Below, one piece after another: positions 40,917 to 55,300 of a DNA stretch of 64,000 bases. Source of the stretch: Camelus dromedarius (lineage: Eukaryota); assembly GCF_036321535.1 (NCBI RefSeq), contig NC_087436.1, forward strand, positions 105,774,001 to 105,838,000. The letters run 5' to 3'. Position 1 is the first letter of the stretch. Each line of letters opens with the position of its first letter. The notes under the pieces are model-generated. The model ran no database searches. It was not told the DNA's origin and saw only the letters and a list, made by a program, of their open reading frames with translations. The position numbers and the translations under genes are program-made.

Positions 40917-41012
40917 AGCTTCTGGTTCCGGCCGCACGGTGTAGGCTGTTGTAGCGGGAGGGGTGGGGGGGGTCCTCCGGAGTTAAGTAGCTGCCCTCGA
41001 CTGCGCCGATAG

Positions 41013-41141
<129 letters not shown>

Positions 41142-44100
41142 TAAGCCAGGCCGGGGGCGCGAGTCAGCGGCTCGGGCTTTGTTGGAGTCCCGGCGGGAAG
41201 CGGGCTAGGGTGGGCCAGGCCGAGCGGGCCCCGGGGCCTGACCTTTTGTTTCTCTCTGGGCTCGGGTCACTAGCGGCGTGGTGCAGGAAAGCGGCGCTAC
41301 CTCCGGCATTCGGCCCTGCAAGGGCGCGGGGAGCTGAGTGGCGCGGCCGCCGCCCGGCCCAGTCGGGAGAGCGGAGAGGCCTGTCGTGGCCACGAGGGCG
41401 TCTCCTCTGCGGGCGGAGTCGAGCAGGAGTCGTTTCGAGGGGAGCGGACGGGAGGGAACGCGGACCTCGTGGCCTGGGCTCCCGGCTAAGGCCTGGAGCC
41501 TGGGGAGAGGGTGGGGGAGGGCGCGGCGGGAGTATTCGCGTCCAAGGGCACCAGGTACTTCTCAGGCCGAGGTGTAGGGGAGAGGGCCTTGCGGGGGCGG
41601 CTGGGTGCCCAGCCAGGGGAGAGGCGGAGGCCGGAAAGTGAGAGAAGCGCGTGGATCCTTGTGTAGGCTGGGATGGGGGTGGCGGGAGTTGAGTGAGGCA
41701 TGCAGACGAGCAGTTCTCGGGGAAAGGGTGAGTAGAGGGCCTTCCGGGAGAAAGGATAAACGTGGAATATACATGATAGGCTGGAGGGCTGGAGGTTTTG
41801 AGCGGTTCAGTTTATAGTTTGGCGGGAGAGCGCGTACCTCGGTCCATTCAAACACTTCAAAGTAGGTACTAGGCAAACTTCCGCTCTCTGCCCACGCTCC
41901 CGCCATCTCCTTTATTTCCTGCTTTGGCTGAAAGTAGTTATAGAGCATCCCTGGGATAGAAATTAGAAGGCATTCTTTTTTTCCCAGTAAGTTCTTGTTT
42001 TGTACCCCCTCCCGCTTTCCTTCATAAGTAGCTTTGAAAACAAGAAGACCCTTTTCAAAAGTTTCTGCTATTTATGGCAAAATATCACCCTTGTGGAGAT
42101 GGTTTGGGAGTTGAAATACACAGACTCGTGGTGTTTCAGATTACTTTCTACTTAGCGTTTTCTTATAGGTACAAAGGAATTTAACAGGTCATTTTAGCAG
42201 TTGCATCAGAATCATTCCTTGTCCACTGTGTGCTTTCATTCTTGAAGTACAGAGACTTATTTGGATAATTTAGGCAAAAACATGAAAGTCGATTTTTATT
42301 ATTAAATGTTAGACGTCAGTTTTCTCTTTTTAGGTCCGTTCAACCGCCCCCCCCCCCCCCGGCAAAACTTGAACGCATTTGAGCTACAAGGCATGAGGTC
42401 TTTACACTGGAGGTGACTTTAAAGAGAGTGTAATCAGCTCCGCTCAAGGGATGAGAAATGGAGACCCAGAGTTGTTAAGGTGGCTTTGTGCAACCTGACA
42501 CAATTTATATCTGGATCTAATTTTCATTTTTAGCCTGTTGTTTTTCCAATGCAGCACCCAGACTAATACTGTTAAGAGTCTTTACAGCCTATTTTAGTGA
42601 TATTTATGAGTTAGTAAAGTGGGGAACACTTGGTTCTTCGTTCCTGTAAAGCAAAAATAAATTGCTTGTCATCTGGCTAAGATGCAGCTGATGTCTCTCA
42701 GAGTTCAGATTGGAAAAAAAATTTATACTGGGAGGGAATGAATTCACTTACTCATATTTGTGTGAATGTGCACCATTTAAATGCTTTTCTTGGGATTAGT
42801 GGTCCCATTATATGTTTATGGGGTTGCTCCCCTTCCCTTGTAAATCCTACATCCTTAGTAAAAATGTGGGCTTTTTTAGGTTTTTGATAGTATCTTTATG
42901 ATTCTGTGGGATATTATATATGTCATCTACCTGTAGACAGAGAGCTTGTCTTTGGAATAAAGCCAAAGTTCTGAGGTATTCTGGAGGGACATTTGTAAAC
43001 TCATTTTTATGTCACCTGAATGTCATTTCTCGTAGAACTTTATTTAGCAGTGGGTTTACAGTATTTATTAGTGCCTTTTAAAAAATATTTAATGATTTAA
43101 AAAGTCATTTTTGTTGACTCCTCTGCAGTCTTGAAGGTTTTTTTTTTTTTTAAAGTCCTGTTAGCAGGTGGTTTTATGTGAGAGGGTAGACTTGACAGTC
43201 TTGTGAACTCCACTAGCAAACATGGCTGTCCCATTTTCCCTACAACTGAGAATGGAAGATAATCCAGTGAGAGATTTTATTCACATTCAAGCTCCCAAAC
43301 TATATATGGCTTTATTACTCCTGCTGTATTTTAATTTTGGAGTCAGGTAGAAAAGTTGAAAATTTGTTACATACTGACCTTACTCCTTTTTTCATCATCC
43401 CACAACATTTTTTGTGTAAAATTGTTAACCAAAAGACAACCTACTCGGGAAGTACGGAAAAAGCTTTTTGAAGATAGGGACATTTTTCACTTTGTTAGTT
43501 TCTGTTAATTGCTTCGTGTTAAGAGCTTTTCCTGTTAAAAATGTGAAAGAAATATAGTGATAAGATGATAACATGTAGAGTGTTCCCAAAACTGTTTTAG
43601 ATGATTTGTATATAAACACATTTTCACTACAATCCTGTGATTTAGATGAAGTTAAGTAATTTGCCACAGGGAACACAAATATCCATTGATAAAGATGCAA
43701 AGAAAGGGGCAAAAAATTCCCCCAAATCCTCATCCCCATCTTTTTTAGAGATATCTGCATATTTATTAACGAATATGAATTTTAACATTATCAACGTGAT
43801 CTTTTAATATGTATTACTTTGTGCTTTGACTTTTATTCACTTGGAAATATGTCAAACTATGGAATAGATAAACATTCTTTTCATTGACTGCATAGTATTC
43901 CGCTTGTAAAGGGGCATCATAACTTACTCAACCAATTCCCTGTTCACTGATGCTTTGGTAATTTCTTAGCCTTATTTTGTGAGTGAAAAGTGTGATGAAC
44001 ATCCTTCTGTGTACATATCTGCAAGCTTAGATCCTTAGGAGAAGTCCTTGGGTGTGAGATTGCCAGATAAAAAGCACTGCTTATTTAAAATACTATGATT

Positions 44101-44199
44101 TTGGTGACCAGTTTACATCTTCATTAGCATTTCTTCAGTTTCTGTTACTCCCAGGTAGAATTCTAACATGGCATTTTGAATTAAAAAAAAAGTTATAAC

Positions 44200-44410
44200 C
44201 AGTATTTATTGGGTATTTATTATGTTCCAGGCACTACTTTGAGCACATTACGTACATTAACTCATTTAATTCTTGCAATGCCTGACAAGGCTTGTGAATA
44301 GCCACATTTTATAGATAAGGAAAGAAATAACTATGGTCATATAGTTAGCTTAAGTGCTGAGCCAGGATTAAACTGAGATTGAATACTGAACCATATACTC
44401 AACAACTGTG
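44200..44410 (-). mobile_element. MIR in DHX15 intron 1
   Basis: tatgttccaggcact...cattttatagataaggaaa...gctgagccaggatt. Confidence 0.7.
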
Positions 44411-44970
44411 TCCTGTTGTGTCTCTCCCTGCCAGTATTGTGGCTAAGTGATTATAAAGCACTACTTAGATAATTAGTTTTTTAAGCATTATACCTCAATT
44501 AGTAAATCTTTAAGCATCCAGTTCCTTTATAATAAAAGTGTCTGTTTAAAAAAATTTAAGTAAATCTTTTAAGCAACTAACTCCTTTATAACAGAAGTTC
44601 CTGTTTGTATACACAATATTCTGCATATATTTATGAAGCAAATGGTTTGAGCTCCTCTTAACTGACCCTTAATTTTTACCATCCTTCTCCCATGGAAGGT
44701 AGATAGTTTGAATCACAGGCAACATTTCAAGGTAATTTGCCTTCTGTATTCTTCTGATTGCTTTCATATTTTAATCTAAGAGACTTCTTTATTAATACTT
44801 CTCACTTTGCACATTTGTAAATTGAAGCCTGTATCTTTGCAATTGTTTTGCAACTGTGATCTAGGTGCTCCTTTTACTCTTATATCACAGTTAAACCCCA
44901 GTTCATGGTCAGCACTTAATCTTTGCGTCTGCAGAATGTATTTTATGCTTCCTCTGCTGTAGTTATTTTT

Positions 44971-45136
44971 TTAATATTTTTTATATTTTAAAAAATTTGT
45001 TGTTTTTGGTTTTTGGTTTTTGATGGAGGGAGGTAATTAGGTTTGTTTATTTTTAATGGAGGTGCTAGGGATTGAACCCAGGACCTCCTGCATGCTAAGC
45101 ACACACTCTACCACTAAGCTATACCCTCCCCCCCCC
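44971..45136 (-). mobile_element. Vic-1-like SINE in intron 1
   Basis: tRNA-Ala head; TSD gtagttattttt (44959-44970, 45137-45148). Confidence 0.9.
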
Positions 45137-46983
45137 GTAGTTATTTTTGGTAATGAAGTTTCTGTTGAAATAGGCCCTTGAAAAACATCTTTGTTAGTTT
45201 AGGTATTATTGTAACAAAGCAGGTGATATATGATTTACTTTGTCCATCACTCTCCATGCCCCATATTTTATATTACTGTTGAAAGGTTTGGTCCGTGTGG
45301 TAAGAGCCTGGTACTGTGATGGAAGTATAAAAGTTCATAAATCACCCCACGCCACAGTAGATTAGAAACAAGAATCCTTTTTATTTAGACCAGATGTTCT
45401 TTAAGGATTCTTATTTAATTAATAAGCATCTGAGACCAGAGGCAGAATGAGAGAAGCAAAGAAACGATGGTTGATGTCATATTTCAGAGTAGGCTAGGAA
45501 GCTCAAGTTCTGAATTGTGAAATTTCATTTTGTATGTTGGGTTATCCTTTGGGTTCCTTTTCTCTTTGCTTTCTCTCTCTTTGTGCCAGTTGAAATGAGA
45601 AGTTTCAATCATAGCTTGTACTATAATTCTGTAGAAGATGGACATTGGGATGGGAGAAGGAAGAATCACTTATTACATATACATATGTGGAAAATATGTA
45701 TGTGTGTGAATATTTAAGTGTACACATATAATAAGGCTTTTCTCTCTTTAGGTAAATCCCTGTGGAATAGAATATATTTTAGAAGGGACAAGATCAAATA
45801 TAATTGGTCAGTTTACCATTTCTGTAATTGGGGAACCATCCTAAATCATGCTGGGTTCAGCATTTTAGCTGTATTCTACTAAGGGGGTGGTTACTGTTGC
45901 CCAGCTGATGTTTTATTACAGAGAATGAATGCTCTTCCCTAATTGGGGCATGGGAAATGTGTATGTCTTTTGTGTGTTATAAATAAGGAACAATGATATG
46001 TTTAGCAACTTGTGTCATAGTTCCATGTTGCCTCATTATTTCAAATCTGAGTCCAAATACCATGTGGCAAAGTTGTCAGCTACAGGACTTGATCTGAAGT
46101 AAACTGGATTAGTAGAGTGAATAAGCATAGGTTATTTTAAAATTATTAACTGTATTAGGGATTGTCTGTAGTAACTAGAAGTAGATCTTAGAATTGGCCA
46201 CTTAATTGATCTAAGATTAATATGGTGACCAACTGCATAATTTAAGTATTTTAAACAACTTAATAGTGTTCAATGAAGCTTGTTTTTAATGAACTACATT
46301 TCACTTTATGGATGACCAAAGTATACGTAGGTTTTTACAAAGTACTACCAGTGTTTAACTGTTGCTGTTAAGGATACATGCAAGGGTAAACAATGAAAAC
46401 AAGAATTTAAAAAACTAAAATTTCAGTTTTTCTTACAGAGCAATATCTGTTAATTGAACAAAATTGAGAAAGTGTCAAACATTCCAATCCTTTAACTCAT
46501 ATTTGTATTACTGTAATGTGAGGTGGAATTGTGGCCAGAAGCAATAAGTTCTTGCTTAATTTTGAACATACTTTAAGTGCAAAAATACTTTTCTTGTAAC
46601 TTACAGAGATTCTGGGAAAGATTGTGATGCCATCCTCTTTTTGCTTAATTTGTCCTTAACCTTTTCCCCCCACACCGTCTTCAGTCTTTAACTTACAGGT
46701 AGGAAGGGATTTTACACGCAGAAGACAGAGTTCTTGTGTTATCTCAGCTGATGGGTAAAGGTGGAAAGAGACTGTCCCTTAACAGAATTTGAAGCATTAC
46801 CAAAGAAGGGAAAGATGTGTATGGATGAGGCATAGAGAATCCTTAATTACAAGTTCTTTTTTATTGTTTCTGCTGCTTAGGTAATTCATAGAGTTTTATA
46901 TCAATTTGGTTGGTAGTTGGACATTTACTTTCTTTGTGACTATAATGCTGCCATAAACATTTTGCATAAAATTCAGAATCTGA

Positions 46984-47448
<465 letters not shown>

Positions 47449-48283
47449 TGAATACCATGGTACATGTTTTGCTAATGTTTAAGTTTACTAAGTCGCTTAT
47501 TTGATCCTAGTGGTCATTCCCATTGTCTGTCTATCTGTCAGAACATTTTGAAGCTTAGCTGCTTTTGTGTTCAGTACTTTTTAGTGACTTAAATAGGGTG
47601 GGAATCCTGTAGGGAGATACTTTCCTGAGTCCCTTTGGGAAAAGAGCAGTACTGTTTTTTTTCCAGTTTTGTTATGTTAATTATGGTAAATTATGGCAGA
47701 GTGATGCTCTCCCACTTTGACTCAGAGGTGGTACGTATTTGGGAGTACAAGGTTTGTTTTCCAGTGCTTGGGTGGAACCATTGGAGTAGTTTTTGTTTTC
47801 ATCATTCTCATTTGTTTTATTTTTGTTTTTGTAATTGTTTTGAACCATGCGAACATTATCTATTCTTTTCAAAAAATAGAAGAGCTAAAGTCTCTACTCA
47901 TGACCTTCATCCAATAGTGTGCCCCCACACATACACAGCTAAACACTTATTAGCGTCTAATTAGTAATTATATTTAGGATATTTTTTCAAACATGGATGA
48001 GCTGTTATTTACTGGGCCCATGTTATAGACATCCAGGCTGCTTCTGTTGGTTGTTCTGCATGGCAAGGATATCCTGAGGGTAAAATCCTAGAAGTAGAAA
48101 TTGCTGGGTCAGAGGATTGTTTGTAATTGTGATACATACAGCCAAATAGCTTTCTGTAGGGAATACATCAGTTTACCCTTCCTGAGCATGTATGGGAACA
48201 TATGTGGGAAACCACCAAAGTGTACTGCTGAACTTGAACTTTTGTAAGTCTAATAGGTGAAAAATGCTATTTCAGTGTTTTTT

Positions 48284-48459
48284 TTAATTTATTTTTTAAA
48301 ATACATTTTATTTATTTATTATTACACTATTTAATTACTTTGGCAGGGGTGGGGGAGGTAATTAGGTTTATTTGTTTTTAGAGGAGGTACTGGGGATTGA
48401 ACCTAGGACCTCATGCTTGCTAAGCATGTGCTCTACCACTTGAGCTATACCCTCCCCCC
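48284..48459 (-). mobile_element. Vic-1-like SINE in intron 2, inside an L1ME-like fragment
   Basis: tRNA-Ala head; TSD tttcagtgtttttt (48270-48283, 48460-48473). Confidence 0.9.
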
Positions 48460-51400
48460 TTTCAGTGTTTTTTAATTTGCAGTTTCTTGCTATGAGTGAG
48501 GTAACCATATTTTCAGATACTTAAGCCTGACCCACTAGAAAATTTCTAGGAAATGACAAAAGTAGCAGTCCCTGGCCATTGTAGAAAATTTGGAAAATTC
48601 AGGGAAGTATTGAATTTAATGATTACTCATCTTACCATGCAGAAATACTTTTTCTGGTTTTTTTCCTATCAGCCTGTTTTTTCCATGTTCGTGTACCTAT
48701 GATACATGTTTAGATTTGAGCATACTGCATATACAGGTTATCCTTTTTTTAAAGCTGCGTATACCACAAATCTATCAGTTTGAGTATTTCATGGAGACAT
48801 TTTGAAGACTACAATAGGAACCCAAATTGGAGGCTTTTATTAAAGACTGAGCCTTTAGTGAGTATGATTTTTCTTTTAAGTGAAGGAAAATGTAATGTTG
48901 ATGTTAGCAACTGAAACTGTTGGTTTATTTTTATCACCTTATGGGAATTTAAAGAATTAAATAACATGAAAAACTGTAATTCTAAACTTACTAATACCAT
49001 AGTATTTTTAATAATTATTTCAATGGTTTATCTAGTTTGCATAGTATTAATAGCACCCATTTAATCAGCAGTTGAGTAGGGCCAGGCACTCTGTACTTTG
49101 TGTTACCTCTTTTAAGTTTTTCAACATCCATGCAAGGAAGTTGTTAATCACCATTTTACAGATGAGCAGAATCAAGCTTAGATTTATGAAAGTCTTAAGA
49201 AAAGTTTAGTGGGTTCCCCTGGGTTATGTAAGTAGTCATAGGAGCGTTCATTATTTAAAACATTGTCCCTTTGTCTCATAGCCAAAGTATATTTCATACT
49301 GCTTTTCTGTTGTCTTATATGGTTAACCTTATTTCAGAGATGAGTTTATTTAGTAGTAGTTAGTGTAGAAGAAAAGGTCAAGTGAACTCGCAGCAAGAGG
49401 TTTGTGATTATTTGGATTAGTATTTGGGTGTTTTTTGTTTTGTTTTTTTTAATTTGAAGTAGACTACTTGGATACTTAAGATTGCAGAGCATTTGGGGGA
49501 TTCAAAGGAAAATTGAAGAGTTTAAATAGTGAATTTCACACATGCTTTTTTGGCATATTAGTAACTTTGACTCAAAACCTTTAGGAGTAGCAGCCATTTT
49601 TTGGTTATCTTTTTGTGCATATCAGGAAATGAAATGCTCCAAACAAAATTTAAAGAAATTTAACTTTGGACTGGGACTCACAGTAAAGACATTTCACACT
49701 GCAACTTGGTATGCACTTACTGTATCCTTATATTACAAACTAAAGCTAGTCCAGCCAAAGGTACAGCATGAGCAAGGGCACATGTTTAGAGAGAAGGGAA
49801 AGCTTTTTATGCCCTAGCCAGAGTATAGGGTGTGTTTGAGGAGGGAAGTGGGGCAGGTGAGACTGAAATAGTAGAATGGACTTTATCTTGCTGTAAGTGG
49901 GGGAGGCATCAGAGCTTTTTAGTTGAAGGGGAATGACAAGGAATTTTACAGAAATGTCCTGTCTGGTGAGAATGTTGATGACAGACTTTGTAGGAGGTTA
50001 TAGCAAAATTTTGAGTGTGTAGGGTGGTAGAATAGAGAATAAAGGACAGATTGGAGTTAGGATGTTACTGTTATTTGGAGGAAGGTGAGAAATGGTTTTG
50101 AATTTACTGACTTTAGAATACCAATAAATTATTCATTCTTCAAGTGGAAATGACCACAAGGTCAGGGTGGGACTAGAGTTAGGATTGACATTTGATGTGT
50201 TGTATATAATCTTAGAAGAATCAATAAAATCACTCAGTATAATGTGTAAAACTGAGGGCTAGGTATCAGTTTTTAGGAAGATGGCCACAAATGGATGAAG
50301 GGAAGAAGATGAAAGTATACGTTAAAACTGATCCTTGGCTTGAACAAGCCAGTAGCCTGCATATTTCAAGACCCAGTTCCCTTCTTAATGCTATTCTTAG
50401 AAATATGAATAGATATATTGATGGAGTCATTCTCCAGATCTTGTCTGGGAATGCTTTAAAAGTCCCTGAAACGCTTTCAAATGTTCTGGGGTTTTTTTCA
50501 TATACTTCAAACAAAACAAATATTGGAGTGCATTCAAAATAGGAGCAGTTGAGAGAATCCAGCTGTCTTCTGTTAAGCCAGATATTAGAGATAAACAAAA
50601 ACGTAAAACAGCGTATTCTTGCTGAATTTTTTGAAGATGTAGTTCTATGTTCATAGAAACTGTTGTTTATAATGTAGAATGGATTTTTATTGTTAAGGAG
50701 TTAATAAATATTTCAACAATTTTTCAGATTTAATTTACTGATATAGTAAATATGCTAGTTGTTTGGCCTACTAGGTTATTTTAAGAGTATAAAAAGGTTG
50801 AGATGAAAAGTTGGAAAACTACTGAATTAGCCAGAACTGTTTATATCTTTTTTTTTTTAAAGTGGCAGTAAGCTATCCATTTCACTGAAGTGAATTAAAA
50901 AATCGTTGAACATTCTTGCCTTAAGAATTCTGAGTTAATTTTAAATAGCTTTAATTGACCAGTGAACTTTTTTTGTTGTTGGGTCTTATAAGGTACATTT
51001 GTGCCTTTATAAGAGGCTTGCCGAATGAAGATACATATAAAATTTTGCTGGAAAGCCACTTAAACTTTGGTCTGTTGGTTTACAGACCCAGGGAGACTTC
51101 TCTTTTAGTGTTTCTGTTCATTTTAAATCCTTTAAAGATATGCGTAGTTACATTCCTAGAGAAGCAGCATAATCATTCCTTCCCCCTTTTGGATATTTGT
51201 CAGTGACAGTTAATCTCAAAATTGCAGAAATAATCTAACTAAAATGTAATAGTACAACAACCAATTCTTCAGATATCACTGTACAAATCCTGTATCACCC
51301 CCCTCCCACATTTCCTGTAGCATTAAAATCTAATAGGCTTGTGGAGGCTTTGTTGGAGATCCATCATGTCCTTGTAGCAGTAGATTCCCATTTAATGTAG

Positions 51401-52192
51401 TGAGCACTTAGATTTTTCCCATGGTTCTTTTCCAGGTAAGTGAGTAGAGAAGAATCATGAAATTAGAGGATTTTTTAGCTTCTGTTGATAATGGAGCAGC
51501 CAGGAAGCGTGCTGTCATCATGGCAACAACCAGCTTCTTAGGCTTGCTGTTTTTTTTTTAACCCTCCATTGCCCTTCTTCAGGCAAGTGCTGTTGCTGCT
51601 TCCCTTAGGTCCTATTGAATTTGAGATTGACAATTACTAAAATTAACTTTTAGTTTGTACTTAAGGTGTTGCCATTGTGCATACTTCTGAGGGGAGAACG
51701 ATAGGAGTTAGATTCTGCTGGCTTACAAAAAATTAAGGTACAGCTTCATAACTACAAGCAGATACGATTTTTACTTCTATGTGCATTACTTTATGACTTA
51801 AATTTTATAGGAATGTAAGTGTCAATTTCTTAGAATGTTTTTGGAAACTAACATTTGTTTTAGAGTAGAATTTTCCTAAGTTGAGTTTGTTTCCCTTGGT
51901 GCTTAGAGAAATGCTTGGTGATGGAACACTGACACTGTGGAGCATACTCAGCAAAGCCTTAGTGGACCTAACCTACTCAGGAGCACAGTTATGTCACATC
52001 AACGTTCTACATGACCCTCCTTGGCTTGAAGAGTTCATACTATTATGAGTTTGAGTCATAAATAATAATTTGTGGTGTGCCTAATTGAATTTTTATTTTA
52101 AATTAATAGAATGAGATAAAGCACTTCATGTTAAATATGTACCTCATATGCAGGCAGAGTAGAATTAATTTAAATGTGAAATTATTTGATAG

Positions 52193-52387
<195 letters not shown>

Positions 52388-55300
52388 TAAGTACTATCTT
52401 TAAAAATGGACACTTTTTTCCCCTCTGCTTTTAGTTTTCTGCATTTCGATAGGGGACTTTCCTAGTGGAGTCTCAAGTCATCCAAATTTAGAATAGTTCA
52501 TAGTAGACTTTCGATTTACTAGATGACTTTTTAATATGGATTCTTTTTCTTGGTAGTAGTATATATAGCTTACTCAGTAGACACTGAAGTTCAAAGGTCA
52601 GATTTTAGTTACTTGGTGTTATATCTTAGGTGAAATATTTCATTTAAATATGATAGAGAAATAAAGTGATATATCTTAGTAAAGGATAGTTACTTGCAGA
52701 AAGAATGATTTTAGGGAAGGGATGATTTATTTGGGGGAGAGGGTTTTTAATGATAATTATAAGCTATCACCATGCCTGTTATGAGCTAAAAGGAGGACTC
52801 TTACTTTGTGATACAGTCTTGGGAGCCTCAGAATCCTCATTCCTCTTCGTTGTGCTGTGGTGCACATGACTGACAACCGTACTGAACTTCTTCCTAACAT
52901 TTTCTTTAACTTCTCTAGTTTTTTTAATCTTCATCTTAATCCTTTCATAATCCTTTCATAATCCATAATCCATAAATAATAATATTTGTTGCCTGATGGT
53001 AATTCTTTTGAAAATCTCCCCCTTTTATTGCTTCTGTTTATTCTGTATGTGTATGACATTTAAATCATTTTTAAAAAATGATTCCTGTGTCATGATACAG
53101 TCTTCTCCCTGAGGTTGTTTTTAAAAGACAATTGGGAATAAAATTATCTTCTAAAAGACATGAGTCTTTTAATGGCATACATACAGAGTTATGGGGGAAA
53201 CTATATTTTACAGAAAATTTCAAATTTATGTAAAAGTAGAATGGTACTATAGTGAACTCATTTATTTGTCTTGCATCTTCAGATGTGACCAGTCTTATTT
53301 TATCCATATCTCAACCTTTTCCCTATTCTGTATAGTTTAAGGCGAATCCTAGACATTGTATACCTTGTAAATATTTCAGTATATCTCTCAAAAATAAGGT
53401 TCCTTGAAATAAAAATGTGATATCACAACTTAAATTTTTTCTGTAATCAAAACATTGTTACCCTTCAGGTCTCATGTCAATTTCTTCCAGTTTCTTTCTT
53501 ACATTTTTTTTTATTAAAACTTCAGATTGTTTCATTTTTAATAGCAATTGAACTTAAGTATTTACTTCAGCCAGGTTGTCTTTATGACTTGGAGGCACGT
53601 TTTGGGCTTAAATCTTAATCTTCATTGAATAAAATTTTTTAATTTAGTGGTAATCATGTTATTGATCAGTTATAATTAAGTGTAATTGATAAAAGCATTA
53701 CATAAAAATCTTATGATTTTATATTGCTTTAAGATGCGGGTAATGTCAAGGAATTGAATAATAATAGGCAGACTTTACTCACCTTTGGGAGCAGTAATAT
53801 TCTGACATTTGATTCACCAGTTTTTTGTTTTGTTTTGTTTTGTTTTTTTAAGTAAGCTGTAGTTGAACAGGGAGAACATAATTTGAAAATTGGGAGATGA
53901 GAAAGTTCCATGCAGTGTTGGGGCAGAATGTGTGTATGTTTGTAGTTGGAAGTGGTAGGCTTTCAAAAGATGTATGCTTGTAAAAGATACCGGTTCGGTT
54001 AATAGGAAGTGACAAGTAACGTATTTCTGATAGCCCAAATGAAAGTATCTTTTTGGCATTGTGATGTTTTCTTATGGAATGGTTTCTGGAGACTATAATT
54101 AAACTTAAAAAAAACCCTAATTCTTGGCAAGGTAAATTTATTGAGATTTCTTCTAGAATCTTTGAAGATTTAGAAGCTAACCTAGTATTGTCTTTAAGTG
54201 ATTTAAATCCTGTTAGTACAGTTAGTTGTAGTTTTGCCCAATTGGAATGCTTTATTAAATGCGCTATTTTATGAATCCCTAGGTATATTTTGTATAGTCA
54301 TCTATCAACTCATTTCTTGAGAACCCAGATGTTAAAAGCAGCTAAAGCTTTAACTTAATAATGGTCAGTTACATAGTTAATTGAGTAGAGAGAGTGAACA
54401 TGTCAGACAACTATCAGTACCCTCCATTAACTCTTTGCATATATAAAGTGCCTAGGTATGTACTGTGTAGCCAGAAGAATCCTTTAGTTTTCACCATAGA
54501 AGGGTGATAAAGAGGACTAACTTACGAAGATTCTCTCTGAGGAGTGGAGAATTTAAGCCATGTCCTTCCTGATTCATTGTTTATACCAAACAAATACTTG
54601 TTTACTAATTAAATGTTTGTTTGAGAGTGCTTTAGCCTGATGATTGTATCTTTAAGTCATCTTTATACAGATTAATGGTCCAAAGATAGTTTCTTCAGTG
54701 TTTAAGACACATACATCTGGGTTCTCGGTCTAATATTGTGCTGTTTTTGAGGAATGGGTCTGGTATAAATGAGTGCATACTATGTTAGACTGGCCTTAAA
54801 TAGCTATTAAGTGCCAGGAGACAGGTTACTTTTCAAAACCACCATTGCTAAATGGTTTTTATATTTCATTGTTGTGTGTTTGCCTGCTCCCATCTTTTTT
54901 TTCTTAAGTATTCCTTTTGAAATATATTTATGTTCCTTTGGCCATCTTTGAATGAAAATGATTGGGGGAAAAGCTCATGAGGTAGCTAAAAGAACAGTGG
55001 AACTGTCAGTGAAAAAAATTTGTGATTAGTCAGTGAAAAATACCTTAATTCATTTTAATGTCAGGAGGAAGAAGTTGACATACTTTTGCTGAGGATTTTA
55101 AGGGGCACTTTATAGCTGGAATTGTAATACATTTTAAGAAAGCCATTCATTTTTGGGGGAGAGAACTGATAACTTAAAGGAATAAAACTGATAGTCTTGA
55201 ACCTTTGGAAAACATAATATTTAAGTTATTAACTTGGTAGCTGATATCAGTGTTATTTTAGGTGATATATTTCCTTTTTTGTTCTTTCCTTCAAACTGTA

